Positions 53,490-64,000 of a DNA stretch of 64,000 bases are shown piece by piece (within the stretch, counting starts at the first letter, position 1; each line of letters starts with the position of its first letter). Source of the DNA: Octopus sinensis (Eukaryota); assembly GCF_006345805.1 (NCBI RefSeq), contig NW_021832231.1, forward strand, positions 434,001 to 498,000, written 5' to 3'. The translations under genes were made by a program, and so were the position numbers. The notes beneath the pieces were generated by a model. It made no database searches. It was not told the origin of the DNA and saw only the letters and a program-made list of their open reading frames with translations.

Positions 53490-56200
53490 TTTTAAATTTT
53501 ATGAACACATGTCTGTCCCGCAAGAAATTTTAATATCCATAAAGAAACCCAAGAGACCGGCTGGGTCTGTTGAGAACCTCAAACCAATCATCCTTATCAC
53601 GCCTTTACGGAAACTACTGTCCTTGATTGTCCTTGATAGCATTTCTCCTACTGTAGACAAATACCTGTCCCTGAGCCAAAGTCGATTCAAAAGAGGAGAA
53701 TCCACTGCAAGCGTCGTATGGACACAAATGAATATTTTTCAAGACACGGAAATACCAGAAGGCTGCTAGAAATTAATCTCTTCTGAACGTTTTCTGCTGC
53801 AAGGTGAGGAAAGCTACTAAATTTCCTTGGGACCTTACTGGACGAGGACTGTCTGAGGATGATACGTACTTGCCAACGCCGAACTATGAATTTGAGGTGA
53901 TTTAGAGCGGTCCCTCAAATTTAAAGCACATGTTGATGCCGCAAAAGGCAACTTGTTGCAAATACTATTTGTTCTTTGGGAACCGCAGAGATTTAAGGGC
54001 GAAAATTGGACCGAGTTCGATTACAGAACTGATTTACGAAGATAACGTACACTTTGTTTGGAAGACATCAAAGAAATTAGAAAATTGCTCAATCATACTC
54101 CTGGATTATTTGGGAAATTGTTTCTGAAAGTGAAAAAATAAAAAACGGAGCTCACAGCATTAAAAAAACCAATTGACAGAGGATAAAAGGAAAAGAACCA
54201 AAAAATTGGCTAACTTTCCTGATGATTTTATTTATTTGACCGCCAAGAACACGATAAAAATTAAACAAAAGTCACGTGATCCCGATTCACTCGACCAGGG
54301 ACTTCATCTTCGCTCGGTGATCTTTCCACGAGGCCACAAAGATCGCACCGGGCGACAGGTCGTTTTTGACGGGGCATTTGCTGACGGACCGAGCTTGATA
54401 AGATTTTCCAAAGAAGCTGGACCGGGGCGTTCGTTATCGTGTGATCAACGATCGGTTTATCTGAAGGCCCTTTGTTGGGCTTCCTCGATTCGCTTCCTGT
54501 TAGACCACGATAACCGCGGACCCCATAATCCGCAGGCGTAGGCAATAAATGGTTCGAAGTACTGGCGGTAGATATTCGCCAGTACCGGGTGTGACCCGTT
54601 TTTCCATAATCCGGATAGGGTTCTAAAAATGTTCCATTTTTTTCGCATTTGCGAAGGAGGTTGTCTGCATGTAAGGAGAAACAGAGGTGCATGTCGAGGG
54701 TTACCCCTAAGACCGTCTGACTCCTGTAGAAGGGTACGGATATGTTGTTCAGCTTTAAGTCGACTGAAGTCCTTCCCAATCTTTTGTCCGAAGTGAAGAG
54801 GGACGTGGCCGACTTTGTCGCGTTTACCACGAGCCGGTTGTCCGTCAGCCATAGGTTCAGCCGATCCAAGTTAGCTGGATGTCCCGATCTCGTGAGGCTA
54901 ATACGATGTCGTCCGCATATGAGAGGACAATTTCATTATTGTCGAGGGAGGGTGGGAGATCTTCCAGGAATACGTTGAAAAGGGCCGGGGATCCCTGAAG
55001 TACTCCGTTGAGTAGGAGACAAGATGTTGACTTCAGACTCTCGAGGCACACCCTTTCTTTTCAAAAAGTTGTTGATCCATATTTTAAGTTTCGGAGGAAA
55101 TTCAGATTTGAATATCTTTCTTGATAGAAGCTTCCTTGAGACAGAATAGAAGGTTTTGTGAATGTCAACGGAGCAAAGCACGGTCTTTTGGTGCCTCGGT
55201 TTGTTTGCAAAACCGGTACAGATGAAATTCGACAATGATTGTAAGTACGAAGAAGTGGACTTCGCCTTCTTAAACCCATGTTGAAAAAGTCTTTCGGATA
55301 AGAATTCTTCTATTCTCCCAAGAAACAGTCTTTCCAGGATTTTTGACATCGAACATAACAGAAAAATCGGTCTGAAAGATGCCGAGTTGCCTCTTGGTCT
55401 TTTAGGCTTCAGTATCGGCCTTATTAGGGCCTGTTTCCATATTGACGGAATCACATTGGGGTTGATTGAGTAGTTGAAGATAGCCGTTAGGAACGTGACT
55501 CCTTCGACATCAAGATTTTTTAATAGAATGACCGGAATTTTGTCCGGGTCGTGAGAGTACGATGATTTTGTGGAGTGCAAGGTATCCTCCACCTTCTTTA
55601 TTGAGAGGAGAGGTTCCGCCCGTTTCTTCAGGCTTTTGTTAGAGGGGAGTGAACCTGATGATTTGAAACATGTTCAGCAAAGTGAAATGCTTTCGATACT
55701 TAAAAGATTAAAGCTAAAAGACATTTCAACACATATAAAAGTGCGTCTATACAATAGATTTATTTGGCCCATTTTGCTATATCACCAGGGAACGTCGGGT
55801 TACATAAAAATGTACTGAAAACCTAAATCTATTTCAGAGGAAACAACTAAAGTTCCTATACGGTATCCGGAGGTGATCAGAAACCAGAACATATACGCTA
55901 CGTGAAAATCTGAGTGTTTGAGAACCACTATAAAGAATACTCAACGGGAACTACTTGGAGATATCTTAAAAATAGATCATGGTGCTTATGAAAATAACAT
56001 TTTGAAATCGTATTTCAGGCTCCTTTCGAGGCAGACCACGTACAACCCTGCCACTATCCATACAAAATGACCTAAAAATGCTGGAATACGACTAGAAAAT
56101 GCTGATGAGTTTTTGAGAAATCGCAATCTTAAGCAGAAAATTAAGGTGACTAATGAAGAAAATCATCCGGGATGCTGCACAAGCGACGATAAAAACTTAA
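53490..56200 (+). mobile_element. Degenerate RTE-like element split by a nested insertion
   Basis: ENLKPIILITPLRKLLSLIVL..LSLSQSRFKRGESTASVVWT; after the insert, IKVRLYNRFIWPILLY..VIRNQNIY..LLGDIL. Confidence 0.7.
54229..55653 (-). mobile_element. I/Jockey-group non-LTR element, 5'-truncated, 11-bp TSD
   Basis: RT motifs WKQALIRPILKP..SFRPIFLLCSMSKILER..QHGF..GVLQGS..YADD; (TAAA)n tail; CCTGATGATTT at 54218-54228 and 55654-55664. Confidence 0.88.
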
Positions 56201-57049
56201 CGTTTTTTCATGAATAATAATGAATTATTCCCTAAAATCTCTCGTTAGAATAAAAATATGGCGACTCTTCCAGTGCAGAGAAGAGAAAGATCAAAAATAT
56301 TGCTCATTTCCGGAGTCTTTAGACTATGAAACCAGCGGAGTCATTGGGAAGTGTCCGAGTGCTTTTTTTGTTGAAATCAGGGTATGAATCATCACGATGA
56401 TCCTTGACAGACGTGAGACCAGCTGGTTCATATTTTTCACTTGATAATCAAAAATCAGACGAATTAAAAAGATAATAAAATTCATAAAATTTATATTTTT
56501 AATCACTTGAATATCGTAGTCAGAATTTATACTTGATTTTTACACTTTCATTTAAACACTCATATATTTTAGATTTATTATCAAAAAAATTTATAAATTT
56601 ATGAGAATCTAGATTTTATAAATATGCATCCAGTCAATTACAATCTAAAAAATGTTGAAGAGCGTGATAGTTACTACTGGCATAAATTAAGAATTAAATG
56701 TTAATGATCTGGCACAGGAGTCACTTTCAGTTAAGAGAGGGGAAAAGAAAATATTCTAGAAACTAGTAAGTCGGCAGTATAGTTGTCTAAAGATAAGAGT
56801 TCTTGGCTTTTGTAAATTGTTGATTAAGTTTGATTTTCCACATAAGAGGTTTCTATAATTAAGGGTGATGTGGTTAAGACTTAGATAGAATAGTACATTT
56901 TCCAGATAAACATATCTGATAAAATTATTTTAGTTTTAAACTGCTAAAATTAAATTATCACTTAAGAATCAGTTAAATATAATTCATTTTTAGGTTTAGC
57001 AATTCTAATCTAAATAAAATAAGTGGTTTGTCAAATTTTTTTAATTAAT

Positions 57050-59510
57050 GAAATAATTGGCGTATCTCAAACTTGTGATTAACCACCGTGAAACCGAATA
57101 TAAAAAGATTAAATTTTTAATTGGATAGCATACAACAATGCACAGTTTTATATTTTTCTTGTTTATTAATAACAATTTGGGTAATTTTGAAATTGGTCTA
57201 TTAAGTTATTTCTTATGACTACATAAAGATTGAAAATATCACGTGGACTGAATACATGAGTTTCTGGAGCACAAATTACAAACCGATAACAAAATTTAAT
57301 GAACTTGAAGAGATATATAAATATACAAATGGATGTTTTGTTGATTATATTTACATTTTTTAGCTAGAGGGTGGATTGGAGCAACATTTTTTAATAATTT
57401 TGAGTGGATTTCAGACATAAACGATACACATTATGTCTATCGGACTAATATCTACACATTGGACGGAAAGTAGAATTGATAATTCAATTTTAGATTGTAC
57501 AAAAACATAAATAATTGCCTTCGAGATGGAGGATATCAGAAAGCATTCACTATGAACTGTCAGAATAGATATTTTGGTTATTTAATTCCTCGTCAAAACG
57601 AGCAATTTAAAACCTCAAACTGCAAAAAAATTCACAATTATTGTCCTAACATAAATTATATTTCAAAGTACGCTATTAAAGAATGCAAAAAAGGAAATGG
57701 TAAAAATAAAATTATTGTTTGTAAAAGAGTCAAGAATTGTAACATGCAATTACGACTATAATGGGAAACTTCAGATAATCCAAGTCGAAAACACAAATGA
57801 GGTGAACCAGTTTAAGGAAATAATTGATAGGAAGTGAACAGCATAAACCAGTTTTTGAATTATGCAAATGCAAAAAATAACTTGACGGAAAAAGAAAGTC
57901 AGGTATTTTTTTACAGTAGAGAACGATTACAACCACATTATTATTAAATTTAGGCAATTCTTGGTACAATCAGCAATCAAGTGTCTTATTCAAAATCCAC
58001 AGTATCTGATGAGAAGGTGAAATCAACAAACATAAAGTCATATATCATTTTTAATTTAATTAGAATTATGAAGACCATAACAAATACAATAATTTCTACT
58101 GATGCCAAACTTGCCACAACCAAATTTAGTTTAGAAAATTTCGATGCAAAATTGTTGACTTTAAACAAAAAAAACATAAATTTGGCGATTCTTGATAATA
58201 TTGAATCACCAATTAAAATAAAATTTGACAAAAATAATCTTCAAGATTTAGTAAAAGGTAAAATAAAATTGTTTATCTGTAAGAATCTGCGAAACTAAAA
58301 ATAGCATTAGTTTTTTGGAAGAACGATGAACTTTTTAACATTTTTGGTAAATCAAATCTTCAGACGAAAGTTTTGGGAATTTCACTGAATACTAATGAGC
58401 CGATTCACAACTTGACAACAAAACTTGAGTTTCCAGGAAGTATGCCTTGATTAATATAAATAAGATTTCACTAAAAAATCAATTTGTGTATATTTGAATA
58501 TGTCCACGCAAGACTGGAGATCAAATGGATGTAGCAGTAAAATTACGGAAAACGGTGTCCACTGTACGTGTTCTCATTTGACTAATTTTGCAGTCATTTT
58601 TGTATTTTTGTGAAATAATTATTACATATAGGATTCATCTATAATAAAAGAAAATGAATGGCTGAGTATTTTTACACATGTTGGTCTTGCAATATCAATA
58701 ATAACAGAGATTGTCGTCATTGTTTACTCGATTGTGTCTTGGAGGTCATGTAATTATTTCAAATTTTAGAAATGGACATAAATCTTATTCATTTAATTTA
58801 TTTTTAAATTTATGTATTGCAATGCTTTTGATGAACCTTGTTTTTGCTTTTGGAATGGAGTTTGGTAAAAATAGAAGCTGTGGGGCAGTTGGATTCCTAC
58901 TGCATTATTTACTGCTGTCTGTGTTTTTCTGGATGACAGTAGAAGGGGTCTTCTTTTACTATTTATTTGTTCGAGTTTTTGGGAGTATTCCCGTCGATTT
59001 TTTAAAAATTGCATTTTGTACTGCTTGGGGTCAGTTTTGAAAGATATAATAAACTAGGCGTTCCAATCATTCCTCCAATCATCATATCTGCTATTAACTG
59101 GAAAATGTATATGCAAAAACAAATGTTTTTATTTAAAGTCATTTTTAGATGCTGGCTTAATGGACTTTCTTTATATTTGGGACTGTACTTTCCTATTGCT
59201 ATTTGCTTAGCAATTAACATCATTATTTTCATACTCATCCTTATTACTCTCGATAAAAATAGAAGAAGAAAAAAAATATTTTTAAAAAACTTGTCATCAA
59301 AGTATCAAGAGTTCTTTTTGCTTTTTGGGCTAATATTCTTTTTTGGTAAATGATTTTCAATTTTTAGGCATAACCTGGGTTATTGGTTTGGGCATAAAGT
59401 ATAACCATTCAGTATTTCTGCAATTTATTTTTATTTTATTAAACGCTTTTCAAGGTTTTTATCTGGCTGTTTTGAGATTTTTTGCACATAAATATCAGTC
59501 ACGTCTCTAA
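57050..59510 (+). CDS. Adhesion GPCR (lectin-like N-terminus, GAIN/GPS, 7TM)
   Basis: GPS CVYLNMSTQDWRSNGC..HCTCSHLTNFAVIF; 7TM with CGAVGFLLHYLLLSVFFWMTVEG; WIGATF and Cys-rich segments upstream. N-terminus not resolved. Confidence 0.85.
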
Positions 59511-59809
59511 TTCTATTATTATTTCATTCTAATAAAACTTAAAATATTTAAATGAGTAAAAAGACGATCCATCAGTAAATAGAATGATACTTAGACTAGT
59601 CACGAACATTTGTTATTTACAAAAATGGGAATGCAGCAAATTCTAAAAATTTATCGAATCCCGTTTGTTTTTTTAAATATCACATTCTCATATTTTGATT
59701 GTTTCAGTTTTTTAATTCATAAAATTTACTAATAGTATAACAAAAACTTAACTTAAATAAGGGCAGAATATAAAATGCTATTAAATATAATTTAAAATGT
59801 ATTAATTAA

Positions 59810-60110
59810 GTTAAAACAATTTTGTGATTTTGCTGATTGAGGACTTCCTGCATAGATGAAGATGAATACATCTCACGACCTCATTATGTCTTCTGAGGTA
59901 ATCAGTGTTGACGCCCAACCGTTTTTTTTGTTTCTCATACAATGATTGCACAATGCTCCCTTGTTTGAAAAGAACAGGTTTCTGTCCTGCAGTAGGCAAT
60001 ATAGTGCCTCAAACATTTCCTCTCGAAAGCCACCCACTTGACGTTTCTATATCAATATTCTGTTCCCCCTGAGTACGGCTATTGAGACGCGCTCAAAAAG
60101 CCGATTGACC
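59810..60110 (-). mobile_element. R4/NeSL-like 3' fragment
   Basis: IDIETSSGWLSRGN..YCLLQDRNLF; DYLRRHNEVVRCIHLHLCRK. Confidence 0.75.
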
Positions 60111-60205
60111 TCGCGGGGGTCGTTTCTAATCCTCCCGGATTATAATTAATTTATAATTTATTAATATTAAAAATAACAAATAAATTGTTTAACTAATCAG
60201 TTCTT

Positions 60206-61359
60206 ATGGATCATTCTTTATGTGATATTAGCACAAATATAGGTGCAAATTTGTAGTTAATAAGAAGGATCTGAGCCTCCCCAATCCTCCGAAAGTGATT
60301 CGTTGGTCATCATTCGGTTTATACTACTCGATCAAGTATAAATATATAACCACTTTATTAGCTCGCCGGCATCCTGATAGGAAAAGTATGCCTTATTCCA
60401 CAATTAGTAGAATGGCAGTAATATCCAAGCACTAAGAAAAAACGTTTATTTAAACAATTTACTAAAATAGCTGATCGAAGGCCGCCTTTCCATATCTGAT
60501 GGGAGTTGTGTGGAGAGAATAGTCACCCTCACTCACTCCAAGTCACAAATATTCAGTTCCCTCCGAATGACCCTCTCCGCGGTGATGAATGCTGAGGTTT
60601 GGTCCCCTCTCCCTCCACAGGCACGTCTCTATCAAGTCGAATCAGACAAACCAACTTTTCTACTGAAGGTCACCTTCCTGGTCCCCTCTTTCTGGACGCA
60701 CGTGATTAAAATAGGTGATTTAAAACAAATGGAGAATGTGGTGTTGTGGTGTCATATTCAGGCCTCCTCGACATTCGCAGAGTTCTCTTCTCACGTGGTT
60801 TCGGCACAAGTCTTGTTGGTGGTGACTGGGCAGGTGGGGAATGTGGTGGACTGCTATAAACTGATTTGGAAATATGTTGGATATTCCTTTATATATTCCC
60901 GTAGGTCAAATCCCCCACTATAAACCAGTCCATGTATTATTATTTTATTTATTAAATATAATTATTATAAATAATATAAATAAAGTAGTGGTGATTATAT
61001 TTGTAGGGATAGAAGGGGATGGGAGGGGAGTACAGGCAGGAGATAATAGTGCCGAATGGGCAGGTGGGGTGTGTGATTGGCCGGAGGGGGGCGAGCATAG
61101 ACCAAATACGGTGGGGTGGCTGGCTGACCATTAGGAGACAGTCGAATGCGTGTGTCAAGATATCAGACGATGATGGGGGAGAGAACAGGCGGATTATGGT
61201 GACAGGACAACTTGAGAATGTGTTGATGGCCATCGAGTTGATTCAGCAAATGTATTTATTGCAATTATTTTTAGATTTTCGACAAATGAGGCTGCATTTC
61301 GCTCATCCTTTCAGAACACCACAAGAAGTGAGTTCATCCCCCGCTTCTTTCCCTATTAA
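60206..61359 (+). CDS. PCBP: Poly(rC)-binding protein-like KH protein, paralog B
   Basis: KH1 IIRFILLDQ/LAGILIGK/NGSNIQALRKN/..RLSISDGSCVERIV; KH3 EIIVPNGQVGCVIGRRGASIDQIR..SNACVKI; same exon structure as paralog A. Confidence 0.82.
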
Positions 61360-61436
61360 TAATATTCTTTTGATTATTTAATTAATTTAATTATAATTAA
61401 ATTAAGAATAGTGTCAAGTGATAGGGGAGGGTGGTG

Positions 61437-62240
61437 ATGAGTACTTCGAGGAGCAGCAGTTTTACATTTAAGCATACGACGGATGACACTCAGTCAGAGA
61501 ACAGTGTGTTTTCCTCTACATTGAACGTCCTAAGCTCAGTCAACTCTACAGAAAGTGATTCCAAGAAAGGGCAGGGATGTATTCCCCAGACCTGTCAATG
61601 GAATAACTGTGGAGTGCCCCACTGCTCGGGATATTCTCTGTTTACTCACCTCCAGGAAGTCCACCTGCCCTCTCACGTTCGGCGATTGATTTATGAGTAG
61701 ACCTCGAAGCAGTGTTTGTGGGACAACTGCAGGAGATATGGGCGAGAGTTAATAAGCGAGAGTGTCCTCAGGCAGCATATTCTCACTCACGTGCGCGGAA
61801 AGGCCTTCAAATGCATAATCGACGGATGTGAGCGACTTTTCTCCACTGATCTACAACTTCAGGCTCATGTGGACAGACATTTACAGAACTTTTCTCCCAT
61901 TGAGAACTTTCAAAAAAAGACCAAAATTGACTCCTCAAAGTCTAAACGTGGAAGGGTTGATTCTCAGGTGAATGTCCAACATGGTTGTGAAATGTCTGTT
62001 CAGTGTAGTTTATAACCGACCGGACTATTTTGATCCCGGCTCCCTTCAGAAAATAATGTTTTTAAACAAGAGTGTCAAAAAATCTGGGGTTGTGACTCCT
62101 TCATTTCCCGTTGTGGCTACCCATTCAGAAAACAACAGAATTGTGCGTTACTTGGTTGAGTGTCCTTTCCGAAAGTAGTGTAGTTTGATTATTGGTGTAG
62201 AGGAGACTTGACGTGGTATGAGGTCAATCATAAAAACTGA
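61437..62240 (+). CDS. AEBP2: AEBP2/Jing-like C2H2 zinc-finger protein (PRC2 cofactor)
   Basis: CQWNNC..HLQEVH; CLWDNC..LRQHILTHVRGKAFKCIIDGC..LQAHVDRH; C-terminal RPDYFD resembles AEBP2 RPHDFFD. Confidence 0.72.
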
Positions 62241-62419
62241 TTTTTTTGTTTATTTACTAAAAATTGGGTTGCTTGTTTTGTTACATTTTTACTCTAAGAA
62301 GATATTGATCGCAATTTATTAGTGATAAATAAAATATGATTATTGGAAGAAAATCCATTCAAATCGTCCTAAATTTTTTGTCTTATTTACGGCGAAAGAT
62401 ACAAATCAAATGTCAAATT

Positions 62420-62640
62420 TAATTAGGAGATTGCTGCCGAAAGGTTTGACTTACAATTGCCCTGCAAGACAGCAAACGAAATGCTGTGGAATAACCAGCT
62501 CGTCTTGCGGGGGTCAAAGGTCTTGGAAGAGATCTTTGTTCTGATAGGAGCGCATGTTCACGCTTATTAATGATACCACTGGTCGCAAAGGCAAGGAAGG
62601 GAAGCATATTTTTGATCGCTAAAGCTTTGTTTGATTGGTT
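62420..62640 (-). mobile_element. CRE-clade 3' fragment, degraded
   Basis: KYASL..LAFATSGII..IRTKISSKTFDPRKTSWLFHSISFAVLQGNCKSNLSAA. Confidence 0.7.
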
Positions 62641-64000
62641 AAATACAAAAATAGTTTATTTCTAAACACGGTTTTCCAAAATCACGGCACATATGATCAA
62701 TAACCGATTTACATTTTCTGCATTTTTCAAACTGTTTTTGTCAGCTTAATTCTCTTTTGTAATTATTCAAAGTTAAATGATCATAAAGAGATTTGAATTT
62801 GCCAAGTAATCTATCGATATTGGTTCTATAATGAATTATAGTCTTAATAAATTTAGTTTATATGTCTATTGTAGATTTTTGCCTCATTTATACGTTTTAT
62901 GACAATAGCTTTTATAACAATTACCTTCACCGTTCAGCATAATATTATTCTAATGGACACTTCTTCTGAAATGTTACAATTTGAATATAATTCTATTTAA
63001 CTACTAAATTAAAAAAAATCTAATTTTCGTCAAAATAAAAACAGAAACTTATTTTTGAAAAATCGTACCTCAAAAAAGCTTCAAAAAGAAGTTCAAAGCA
63101 GAAAGGTTTTTTGCGACTTTAAATCAACACGGATCCTTTATGTAATTTTGCTGTACTCAGCATTTTTCAATAAAACCTTTCAGTCTACCTGACTGCATTG
63201 TGGTCTATCATTTGATTAATATTTCAAATACGAAAATAAAACACTTCTAATTTGTTTACAATTCAAAAATTAGTTGGGTAGCTCCACAACGAGATGATAT
63301 TGTTACGTGTGAAAACCAGGATGCATACTATCCTTGATAAAGAGAGTATCAATTTCAATTATAAATTATGAAAGGGCTCCTTGACTGACCAATTGTGGGC
63401 TGTCTTAGAAAACCTATTTTATTTGTGATTTCCAAACTTACTAATAAATTCCACAAACTGATTAGCGTTTATGTATTTTACTAAGAAAGCCCTGCTTTTA
63501 TTGGAAGCTTCCAAGTTAACCCCGGTTGTCACAAAAAATGGAAATATTCGTTTTACTCACGACCTTTAAAGAAATCGGCGAATTATTCGTAAAAACTGTT
63601 TTTGATAATTTTCTGACTTACACGCATTGTTGTGAGTCCCAAAGTCCAATACGGAGTTTAAGAAACTGAACTGATAAAAGTGCAAAGAGTTTCTTCCAAA
63701 TTATCAATTCATACACAATGCTAAAAATCCGATTAATTTTGTCATTAAATTACGTCTTAATGACATTAGAAAAAGCAGATAAACTGGAACAATTTTAACT
63801 AGACTTTTCATAGAGTTCATAGATAGACCTGAAAATACACTTGTTACGCTCAATTATTTATTATTATTAATATTTATTTATTATCTAAAATAAAATATTA
63901 ACTGGCAAGTCTAAAATGAAAATATAATAAATTGTATGTATTTCCAGATTTGCTTCCGTTCATCTTTAAATTCGTTTATGCAGAAAAATTCAAAATCATA

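Noticed and set aside
62700-64000. Possible spliced gene on the minus strand at the right edge
   Set aside because: The open stretches could not be joined into a model and no motif was recognised.

Overview
This is AT-rich, gene-dense animal genomic DNA. Genes are split by very short spliceosomal introns, mostly 20-35 nt, so the ORF track shows only fragments; gene models here were spliced by eye. Tiny introns plus ciliary genes (IFT122, KIF3B, TTLL3/8) and metazoan genes (adhesion GPCR, AEBP2, tetraspanin, CPES) best fit a dicyemid mesozoan, which is an inference. Recognisable genes: coronin, a NHERF-like PDZ protein, IFT122, TRAM1, CPES, TFIIH p44, tetraspanin, COQ4, THOC5, a polo-like kinase without polo boxes, KIF3B, MRPL43, TTLL3/8, MCM3, two PCBP-like KH paralogs, an HMG-box gene, an adhesion GPCR and AEBP2. 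Intergenic DNA holds many transposon remnants: about ten CRE-clade pieces (three with target-site duplications, one with a twin-priming inversion), R4/NeSL-like, RTE-like and I/Jockey-like pieces (some nested), a pogo element, a hAT-like remnant and an unclassified MITE. The most novel feature is a spliced gene at 22732-24433 (-), invisible in the ORF track. It encodes a predicted secreted protein of four exon-duplicated CxxC...Cx5C modules joined by Arg/Asp alternating-charge repeats. Gene identities come from recalled family motifs, not database searches.
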